Of a stretch of 26,192 nucleotides of DNA, positions 19,289-26,192 are shown piece after piece. The notes under the pieces are model-generated. The model made no database searches. It was not told where the DNA came from and worked only from the letters and a program-made list of their open reading frames with translations. The DNA comes from an uncultured Weeksellaceae bacterium (GTDB lineage Bacteria; Bacteroidota; Bacteroidia; Flavobacteriales; BACL11): assembly GCA_964549835.1 (NCBI GenBank), contig CAZJXE010000001.1, forward strand, positions 2,358 to 28,549, read 5' to 3'. The translations under genes were made by a program, and so were the position numbers. The stretch's first letter is position 1; each line of letters begins with the position of its first letter.

Positions 19289-20841
19289 GTGAAATAATAT
19301 TGATTTTATTGATTTTAAATTTTATTCATGGAATAGGTACATGGAAATTATATAAGATTTCCGGAAATAAACCATTTTATTCATTCATCCCTGTTTACAA
19401 TGTATTTGTGTTGCTTAAAATAATAAATAGACCGTGGTGGTGGATTTTTATTATTATAATGCCGGTATTGAATACAATTATAATTCCGGTTATATGGGTT
19501 GAACTTTCTAGGAGTTTTCAGAAAAATTCATACACTGATACTTTTTTGTCTATTTGTACATTTGGTTTTTATAATTATTACTTAAACTATTTTAAAAATT
19601 TAGAATATGTTGAAGATAGAGATATTGATCCTAAAAGCTCAAATGGGGAGTGGACAAGCTCAATAATATTCGCTGTAATTGCTGCTACATTTGTTCATAC
19701 ATACTTTATGCAACCCTACACTATACCTACTTCTTCACTGGAAAAATCTCTTTTAGTTGGAGATTTTTTATTTGTAAGTAAGTTTCACTATGGTGCAAGA
19801 GTTCCTATGACAACAATTGCGGCACCCATGGTACATGATACTATTCCAATCATTAAAACCAGATCATATTTTAATAAAAAACAGCTACCATTTTTAGCAG
19901 AACTTCCATACACAAGACTACCTGGTTTTCAAAAAATTAAAAGAAATGAAATTGTATGTTTTAATTGGCCTGTTGATACTTTTAAAAACATGTATTATAC
20001 TGACAAATACTATTATAAACCAATTGATAAAAAAACAAATTATGTAAAGAGGGCTGTTGGTATAGCTGGAGACACCCTAGAGGTAATTAACGGATATGTT
20101 TATATAAATGGAGAAAAAAATCAGTTGCCAGAAAGGGCAAAGTTACAATTTTCATATTTAGTTCAACCTAAAAAGAATAAGTTCAATCAAAAGGTTATGA
20201 TTAATAATTATGACATAACCGATAGATTTGGGCCTATAAATAGCGACTATACTTATAAATTTATGGGCATCAGTGATGCATCTCTTGAGAAACTAAAAAA
20301 GGACACTAACGTTGAATGGATTAAAAAAGACACACTCCCAAAGGGAGTAAAAGATCCATCAGTTTTTCCCCAAAAACCATCTTTCAACTGGAATAATGAT
20401 TTTTTTGGCCCCGTTTACATTCCAAAAAAAGGTGCTACAATTGAAATAAATAAAAACAATATCCCAATCTATGAAAGGCTTATTAAAATTTATGAAAATA
20501 ATGACCTTTACATTCAAGATGATAATATTTACATCAATGGTATTAAAACAAATCAATATACATTCAAGCAAGATTACTATTGGTTGATGGGTGATAATAG
20601 AAGTAATTCTCAAGACTCAAGGTCTTGGGGTTTTGTACCATTTGATCATGTTGTTGGAAAACCTGTATTCAAATGGTTGAGCATAGACTACAATGCAAAG
20701 GGATTTAATAAAATAAGATGGAATAGAATGTTTACAACTGTTCATGGAGATGGTCAACCAACATCTTATTTTATACATTTTATTGTAATAATTTTGTTGT
20801 GGAATATAATTTCTTATTTCAGAAGAAAGAAATTGCAATGA
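19285..20841 (+). CDS. lepB: Signal peptidase I (long Bacteroidota type with N-terminal membrane domain)
   Basis: Catalytic Ser in YTIPTSSLEKSLLVGD, catalytic Lys in NYVKRAVG, box E MGDNRSNSQDSRSWGFVP. Extra N-terminal TM region (WKLY...SFIPVYN...RPWWW). Confidence 0.95.
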   Translation: MSEIILILLILNFIHGIGTWKLYKISGNKPFYSFIPVYNVFVLLKIINRPWWWIFIIIMPVLNTIIIPVIWVELSRSFQKNSYTDTFLSICTFGFYNYYLNYFKNLEYVEDRDIDPKSSNGEWTSSIIFAVIAATFVHTYFMQPYTIPTSSLEKSLLVGDFLFVSKFHYGARVPMTTIAAPMVHDTIPIIKTRSYFNKKQLPFLAELPYTRLPGFQKIKRNEIVCFNWPVDTFKNMYYTDKYYYKPIDKKTNYVKRAVGIAGDTLEVINGYVYINGEKNQLPERAKLQFSYLVQPKKNKFNQKVMINNYDITDRFGPINSDYTYKFMGISDASLEKLKKDTNVEWIKKDTLPKGVKDPSVFPQKPSFNWNNDFFGPVYIPKKGATIEINKNNIPIYERLIKIYENNDLYIQDDNIYINGIKTNQYTFKQDYYWLMGDNRSNSQDSRSWGFVPFDHVVGKPVFKWLSIDYNAKGFNKIRWNRMFTTVHGDGQPTSYFIHFIVIILLWNIISYFRRKKLQ

Positions 20842-21455
20842 AAACCATAATACATCCGACCTATTTTCCTAATATTGAATTTTTTTCACATCTCTTAAAA
20901 TCTAAAAATTTAATTTTTGAGATAAATGATTTTTATCAAAAACAGACATTTAGAAATAGAGCATCAATTTATGGATCAAACGGAAGATTAAATTTGATAA
21001 TTCCTGTAAGTTTTTCAAGTTCAAAAAAAGAAAAACTTAAGGATATAAGAATATGCAATAATAGTAATTGGCAAAAAAATCATTTAAAGTCAATTCAAAT
21101 AGCTTATAGAAGTTCTCCTTATTTTGAATTTTTTGAAGACTATTTTATTGAAGTTTTTGAAAAGAAAGAAGAATTCTTAATAGATATAAGCATAAAATCG
21201 ATAGCGATTATGTTTAAGATACTTGAAAAAGATTTAAAATTTAAATTCACTTCTAGTTTTCAAGATAATTATAACTCAGATTCTGATTTTAGGAATTTAA
21301 GTATCAGAAACAGTAAAGCAAAAACAAATCTAATACAACCATATACTCAGGTCTTTGAAACTGAACATGGGTTTATTTCTAATTTAAGTATCATTGATTT
21401 GGTATTTAACGAAGGTCTAAATAGTTTAAGTTATTTTAATAAAACTAATACGTAA
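20838..21455 (+). CDS. WbqC family protein
   Basis: PTYFPNI, YQKQTFRNR, WQKNH...AYRSSPYFEFF and C-terminal NLSIIDLVFNEG. The ATG at 20838 overlaps the lepB TGA and is preferred over the tracked 20799. Confidence 0.88.
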   Translation: MKTIIHPTYFPNIEFFSHLLKSKNLIFEINDFYQKQTFRNRASIYGSNGRLNLIIPVSFSSSKKEKLKDIRICNNSNWQKNHLKSIQIAYRSSPYFEFFEDYFIEVFEKKEEFLIDISIKSIAIMFKILEKDLKFKFTSSFQDNYNSDSDFRNLSIRNSKAKTNLIQPYTQVFETEHGFISNLSIIDLVFNEGLNSLSYFNKTNT

Positions 21456-22464
21456 ATTGAGAAAAAATGGGCTCATGATCTGACAAGTTAATATTATGTG
21501 TCTTAAAGTAATTTATTTTGAAACCCTTGTCGCCCAGAATGAAATCAATTCTTAAAGGAATGAAGTTATAATTAAATGTAATTCCAAAACCATTTCCCTT
21601 TTCTTTAAAACTATCATTTAAATTACTAGAAAGTTCTTTATATATATACGAGAATGCCGTATTGTTAAAGTCGCCTGAAACAATAACTCTGTAAGGGCTT
21701 TTTTTAATACTTTTTTTGATTAATTCTACTTGATTCTGTTGAATGATAAAAGTTTTGGACACATCATTCATTATTTTTTCATTGTTTTTATTTAACTCAC
21801 GCAATTCGATTTCTTTTTCAAAAGAAAAAGATTCAAGATGAATATTATAAATTCTGATGGTATCATTATTAATTTTTATATCGGAAAAAATAGCATTATT
21901 AGAAGGACTATTAAAATCAATTGATCCTTTATTGATAATAGGATATTTTGAAAATATTGCTTGACCATATTTTAAATTATCACCTCTTAATTTTTCATAC
22001 ATATAGAGATAATTATCGAGCTTAAAATCCGCATTTTGATATTCTTGTAGGCATATAATATCAGCATTTTTATTTTTAAGAAAGTCTTTGATTTTTGTTG
22101 TTACATTATCTTTCTTAATCCAATTATAGATGTTAAATAGCCTAACATTGTAGCTTATTATTGAAAATTCATTATCTGCTATAAATTTTGAGTTATTTGA
22201 AAAATTAACAAAACTCTTTAAGCTGTCATTTCCTAGAAGAAGAACTATCAGAGATAACATGAATTGTTTCTTTAGCTTGGCAATCCAGAAAAACATAAAA
22301 AGAATATTTAAGCTTATTATTAGGGGGGTAAACAAACTGAATATCGAGAAATATGAAAAAAGTGTTGGCTTTACATAGGGTAAACTTAAAGAAATTAAGA
22401 ATAAAAACGCTACGAGGGTATTGATTACAAAAAGGAATTTCTCAAAAAAACTAAGTTTTTTCAT
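21445..22464 (-). CDS. Endonuclease/exonuclease/phosphatase (EEP) family protein with N-terminal membrane anchor
   Basis: About three N-terminal hydrophobic segments, then EEP motifs SYNV, CLQEY, NIHLES, SGDFNN, RIDFI and SDHEP. Confidence 0.9.
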   Translation of the reverse strand: MKKLSFFEKFLFVINTLVAFLFLISLSLPYVKPTLFSYFSIFSLFTPLIISLNILFMFFWIAKLKKQFMLSLIVLLLGNDSLKSFVNFSNNSKFIADNEFSIISYNVRLFNIYNWIKKDNVTTKIKDFLKNKNADIICLQEYQNADFKLDNYLYMYEKLRGDNLKYGQAIFSKYPIINKGSIDFNSPSNNAIFSDIKINNDTIRIYNIHLESFSFEKEIELRELNKNNEKIMNDVSKTFIIQQNQVELIKKSIKKSPYRVIVSGDFNNTAFSYIYKELSSNLNDSFKEKGNGFGITFNYNFIPLRIDFILGDKGFKINYFKTHNINLSDHEPIFSQFTY

Positions 22465-23207
22465 TTATTACCTCCTTGTTTAAAAAGATATTCCTTTTCT
22501 TGATCATTCAGGCTGTCATAACCACTTTTACTTATCTTATCTAAAATCATATCAATTTTAGTCTGCTTATTTTTAAAATTAGTTTTTGTTTTCTTTTGAT
22601 TTTTAACGATTATTTTTTTTGGAAAACCATATAAAGAATAATAATAATAAATCCCAACAAGATATCCTCCCATGTGGGAATAAACACCGAATTGACCAGG
22701 TGATATTAATTTTAAAAAATCTGTAAATAATATAAAAGCCATAATATATTTAAATTCTATTGAAAATCTAAATATTCTAACTCCCAAATTTGGAGATAGT
22801 AAAAGCAAAAAAAATAATAGAGATGATATTCCAGCAGAAGCGCCTATTAATGGACCTTTTGATCCTGATAATAAATAGGCAACACCTCCAAAAAATATTC
22901 CTAAAAAAAATAAATTAATTGTAATTTTTTTTCCTAATAAATTGGCAATAGAATTGGTTGAAAATACCAATAAAATTATCATAAAAATCAACTCAAAAAG
23001 TCCCTGGTGAATAAAAGCGTATGTTAAAATTGACCATGGTTTTGTTAGAAAATTAGTTTCTAGAGAAAAATAAGAAATAAAATCATTCTGAAATTTAAAT
23101 AAGAATGTTAGCCTATATAGGATAAAAACAAGAATATTAACTCCTATTATTTTTTGAAAAAAATCAAGTTTACTTAAATCTATATTAAACTTATCTAAAA
23201 AATTCAT
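22461..23207 (-). CDS. Rhomboid family intramembrane protease (paralog 2) with C-terminal soluble tail (DUF6576-like)
   Basis: PWSILTYAFIH, catalytic GASAG and SHMGG, C-terminal IDMILDKISKSGYDSLNDQEKEYLF. The ATG at 23207 (TAATG overlap with the upstream stop) is preferred over the tracked 23216. Confidence 0.85.
   Translation of the reverse strand: MNFLDKFNIDLSKLDFFQKIIGVNILVFILYRLTFLFKFQNDFISYFSLETNFLTKPWSILTYAFIHQGLFELIFMIILLVFSTNSIANLLGKKITINLFFLGIFFGGVAYLLSGSKGPLIGASAGISSLLFFLLLLSPNLGVRIFRFSIEFKYIMAFILFTDFLKLISPGQFGVYSHMGGYLVGIYYYYSLYGFPKKIIVKNQKKTKTNFKNKQTKIDMILDKISKSGYDSLNDQEKEYLFKQGGNK
22470..22477 (-). promoter_or_regulatory. Perfect Shine-Dalgarno-like AAGGAGGT 5 nt upstream of the EEP start
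   Basis: The minus strand reads caAGGAGGTaataaATG. It lies inside the last codons of rhomboid 2 (Gln-Gly-Gly), so it may only reflect coding. Function is uncertain. Confidence 0.3.
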
Positions 23208-23959
23208 TAAAACCATCTTTTTTGGTTAAACTGATTCTTTTTCCAATAATACATGATTAAAAATCCTGTAAATGCTCCCCCTAAGTGAGCTATGAAAGCT
23301 GTATTACTTGGGCTAAAAATAGCCTGACCAGTAATAGCTGAAAATAAATCTAAAAGAATTATACCAGGAATAAAAAATTTTGCTTTCACAGGAACTGGAA
23401 AGAATATTAACATTAGCTTGCTTTCAGGAAAAAACATTCCAAACGCTACAAGAACACCCATTATTGCTCCTGATGCACCAACCATGGTTGATAAGAATGA
23501 AGTGTTGAAACTCATAAGACCTTCTGGTCCTAAAATATTTCCCCAACCTGTATTATACTTACCTTCCAATAGAAGATTTAAAACAGATTGTTGATCATAT
23601 CCTGAACTAAGCAACAAGTCTAGATTAGAATAGAATGAGTAGTAAAGAAAACTTATTTGAGCAATAGCAGCACCCAAGCCACATGTTAGGTAAAAAAATA
23701 AAAATCTTCTAGATCCGAAAATTGACTCAATAGCAGATCCAAACATCCATAACGCAAACATATTGAACGCAAGATGCATAATGCCTCCATGCATAAACAT
23801 GTGTGTGAGTAATTGCCAAAACTTAAATTCAGGGTTTTCAGGGAAATGTAAACTGAATAATGAATAAATGAAATCTGTGTTCAAGGAAAAACTTGAACCA
23901 AAATAAAATATTATATTGATTATTAGAAGTTGTTTAACTGTTGGTGAAATCCTATTCAT
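23207..23959 (-). CDS. Rhomboid family intramembrane serine protease (paralog 1)
   Basis: WQLLTHMFMHGGIMHLAFNMFALWMFG (His and Asn intact), catalytic GASGA and AHLGGA. Confidence 0.93.
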   Translation of the reverse strand: MNRISPTVKQLLIINIIFYFGSSFSLNTDFIYSLFSLHFPENPEFKFWQLLTHMFMHGGIMHLAFNMFALWMFGSAIESIFGSRRFLFFYLTCGLGAAIAQISFLYYSFYSNLDLLLSSGYDQQSVLNLLLEGKYNTGWGNILGPEGLMSFNTSFLSTMVGASGAIMGVLVAFGMFFPESKLMLIFFPVPVKAKFFIPGIILLDLFSAITGQAIFSPSNTAFIAHLGGAFTGFLIMYYWKKNQFNQKRWF

Positions 23960-25756
23960 TTACTTGAACATATTTTCAATTTCGGAAAAATCAATTTTTA
24001 CAAAAGTCCTCTTGTTAAATGGACATATCATAGTTTCTTTACAAGCAAAAAGTGAATTTATGATATATTGCTGTTCTTTTATTTTTAAATATTTACCATT
24101 TTTTATAGACATAGACTTTGAAATAATCTTTGAAATAAAATCAGATTCGCTAAAACTTTCATCAGCAAGATCATTCTGAACATTATATATGAGGTTATTA
24201 AAAGATTCACTCAAATCCTCAGAGTCTATAAATGAAGGTATTGCTTTAATAATGATTTTATCTTGTTCTAAATCAAAGTCTAAGCCAAACTGATTGAGAA
24301 TATCTTTTTTAGAACTTAAAATTTGAATATCAACTTTTGAAAACTCAATTTCAATTGGATGAAGTAATTTTTGGGAATTAATATTGTTTAAAGTTACCGA
24401 CTTTAAAAATTTCTCGTATAAAATTCTTTGATGTGCTCTTTCTTGATTGATGATTATTAAACCTGATTTAATCTTATTTACAATAAATTTTTTATTTATC
24501 TGAATAGAATTGTCTGGGCTCGAAATTGTGCTCAATTCATCAAAATTAAATTCCTTTATTTCATTAGTTTCAGAAGAAAACTCTAAAGATTCCATTTTTT
24601 CGTTAAATGAATCAATCTTGACAAATTTTTGACCTGCTTCACTTTTTTCAAAAGGGTTATAATTGGTATTAATATCAATTCCAACGGAAGCAGATTTACT
24701 TTTCTTTTGAAAATCGTATGGAATATCCAATGATTTGTTCCTGTCAAAATCCAACACTGGAGTAATACTATATTGACCCAGACTATGCTTTACAGATGCC
24801 CTCAAAATTGCATAAATTGAGTGTTCATCCTCAAATTTGATTTCGGTTTTAGTCGGATGGATATTTATATCAATTGTACTTGGATCAACCTCTAAATTTA
24901 AAAAATAAGAAGGATTATATTTTGGATCAATTAATCCTTCGAATGCTGAATTAATTGCATGATTTAAATATGCACTTTTTATAAATCTGTTGTTAACAAA
25001 GAAAAACTGTTCTCCTCTGGTTTTTTTCGAGTATTTGGGTTTAAATATAAATCCATCAATTTTTAAAATTTCGGTATTTTCAGAGACTGGAACTAATTTT
25101 TCTGAAGTTTTTGATCCAAATAAATTAATTATTCTTTTTTTGAAATTTGAAATAGGTAAATTATATATTTCTTCATCATCATTATAAAAAACGAATTTGA
25201 TTTCAGGGTGTGCTAGTGATACCCTAATAAATTCGTTAACAACATGTCTAAATTCAACATTATTAGATTTTAGAAAATTTCTTCTGGCAGGTATGTTAAA
25301 AAAAATATTTTTTACTGAAATTTTAGTCCCTGCTTCGCTTACCGTCGACTTATTGCTTTTAAGTTCACTTCCATGTACTGCAATTTCTGTTGCTAGCTCA
25401 ATTCCATGCTGTTTTGAAATTAAATTTACATGAGAAATCGCTGCAATACTGGCTAACGCCTCACCTCTAAATCCTTTTGTTCTAATATTAAATAAATCCT
25501 TTGCATTTGATATTTTGGAGGTTGTATGCCTATCAAAACATATTGAAGCATCTCTTTTGGACATACCTATTCCGTTATCAATAATTTGAATAATTGTTTT
25601 TCCAGCATCTTTAACAAGAACTTTTATTTCGGTAGCCTTTGCATCAATAGAGTTTTCAAGTAATTCTTTTATTACTGAAGCTGGTCTTTGAACAACCTCA
25701 CCAGCCGCAATCTGATTAGCAACATTTTCAGGAAGAATATTAATTATATCTTTCAT
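23960..25756 (-). CDS. mutL: DNA mismatch repair protein MutL
   Basis: GHKL ATPase motifs NQIAAGEVVQRPASVIKELLENSIDA, DNGIGM, HTTSKI and GFRGEALASI, plus DINIHPTKTEIKF. The C-terminal dimerisation domain is present but its endonuclease motifs are degenerate (see findings). Confidence 0.96.
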   Translation of the reverse strand: MKDIINILPENVANQIAAGEVVQRPASVIKELLENSIDAKATEIKVLVKDAGKTIIQIIDNGIGMSKRDASICFDRHTTSKISNAKDLFNIRTKGFRGEALASIAAISHVNLISKQHGIELATEIAVHGSELKSNKSTVSEAGTKISVKNIFFNIPARRNFLKSNNVEFRHVVNEFIRVSLAHPEIKFVFYNDDEEIYNLPISNFKKRIINLFGSKTSEKLVPVSENTEILKIDGFIFKPKYSKKTRGEQFFFVNNRFIKSAYLNHAINSAFEGLIDPKYNPSYFLNLEVDPSTIDINIHPTKTEIKFEDEHSIYAILRASVKHSLGQYSITPVLDFDRNKSLDIPYDFQKKSKSASVGIDINTNYNPFEKSEAGQKFVKIDSFNEKMESLEFSSETNEIKEFNFDELSTISSPDNSIQINKKFIVNKIKSGLIIINQERAHQRILYEKFLKSVTLNNINSQKLLHPIEIEFSKVDIQILSSKKDILNQFGLDFDLEQDKIIIKAIPSFIDSEDLSESFNNLIYNVQNDLADESFSESDFISKIISKSMSIKNGKYLKIKEQQYIINSLFACKETMICPFNKRTFVKIDFSEIENMFK

Positions 25757-25769
25757 TCACTAAATATTA

Positions 25770-26045
25770 TTAAAACAAAAAAAATACGAGTATTAAAGAG
25801 AATAAAATTAAAGTTATAATGATTAGTCGAGTTCTTACCGACTTTTCTGACCCTCTCTTATAGTCCTCAACAGCATTTCTAAATTTTTTCCTAAAGCTAT
25901 TATCATCTCCAACTGTTGTCCTAAATTCATCAAATTTTGATTTAATTTTCTTTGGAACAGCATGTTTGCCAACATATGAAGTGTCTTCAGAAAATCTTCC
26001 TGAATAACTATAACGTTTATTTTTTTTCAATTTAAAAAGACCCAC
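25770..26045 (-). CDS. Small conserved flavobacterial protein with C-terminal TM helix (function unknown)
   Basis: GTG start, basic N-terminus (KLKKNKRYSY) and a hydrophobic C-terminal tail. Fills the gap between ribH and mutL, where I recall a similar small protein in Flavobacteriaceae. Confidence 0.7.
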   Translation of the reverse strand: MGLFKLKKNKRYSYSGRFSEDTSYVGKHAVPKKIKSKFDEFRTTVGDDNSFRKKFRNAVEDYKRGSEKSVRTRLIIITLILFSLILVFFLF

Positions 26046-26079
26046 TTATTATGAATATAGCTAAATATTGTAAAATATC

Positions 26080-26192
26080 TTACTTAAAAGACGCCATTTT
26101 TATTGCCGCAATAGCTGCTTCAGCACCTTTGTTCCCATGTTTACCACCAGACCTTGCAATGGATTGTGATTTTTTATGATCAGTTAAAACAC
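26080..26192 (-). CDS. ribH: 6,7-dimethyl-8-ribityllumazine synthase, 3' end only (not in the ORF track)
   Basis: Minus-strand translation from 26190 gives VLTDHKKSQSIARSGGKHGNKGAEAAIAAIKMASFK*, the lumazine synthase C-terminus (R-x-G-x-K-x-G-N-K-G-x-E-A-A). The gene continues beyond the window edge. Confidence 0.9.
   Translation of the reverse strand, partial: VLTDHKKSQSIARSGGKHGNKGAEAAIAAIKMASFK

Noticed and set aside
21445-21455. Switch of coding strand as a possible replication terminus
   Set aside because: It is explained by two convergent operons in an arrangement I recall as common in Flavobacteriaceae. There is no dif site here, and GC skew was not computed.
1837-25433. Short alternative-frame or antisense ORFs in the track (1837, 2671, 3756, 5694, 7755, 9486, 10017, 11140, 11801, 12378, 15381, 16259, 17138, 20359, 20617, 23916, 24990, 25197)
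   Set aside because: All lie within or almost entirely over well-supported genes and show no recognisable motifs. They are treated as shadow ORFs.
1-26192. tRNA/rRNA/ncRNA genes, IS elements, prophage, CRISPR arrays, tandem repeats, stop-codon reassignment
   Set aside because: No spacer is long or structured enough, no transposase, integrase or cas ORFs are present, and no repeat arrays were seen. TAA, TGA and TAG all end genes at the expected positions, consistent with the standard bacterial code.

Overview
A very compact, AT-rich stretch of core chromosome (roughly 25-30% GC by eye, not computed over the whole window). It is almost certainly from a Flavobacteriia member of Bacteroidota: it has a T9SS-sorted protein, A-rich start contexts without Shine-Dalgarno sites, TAnnTTTG-like promoters and flavobacterial gene order. 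It holds 23 protein-coding genes, two cut by the window edges. In order: phospho-sugar mutase (partial), MsbA-like ABC exporter, purL, T9SS-secreted M14 carboxypeptidase, MarR regulator, acyltransferase (-), trxB (-), PQQ sugar dehydrogenase, udk, ftsB-like, methylmalonyl-CoA mutase small and large subunits, parA, parB, DUF5683-like, lepB, WbqC-like. These face a minus-strand block of EEP hydrolase, two rhomboids, mutL, a small membrane protein and the 3' end of ribH. With my start choices only about 442 bp (~1.7%) is intergenic, which suggests a streamlined genome. I found no RNA genes, mobile elements, CRISPR arrays, clear pseudogenes or intrinsic terminators, and no unambiguous novel system. 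The best leads are: (1) a MutL that has lost its endonuclease metal-binding motifs but keeps the clamp motif, co-transcribed with two rhomboids and an EEP hydrolase; (2) the absence of dapB from its usual slot; (3) a MarR with a palindromic operator but no downstream operon; (4) a perfect SD sequence in a lineage that normally avoids SDs; (5) a rhomboid with altered oxyanion-hole residues; (6) a parS-like palindrome inside udk. Synteny comparisons are from recalled knowledge of Flavobacteriaceae and were not searched.
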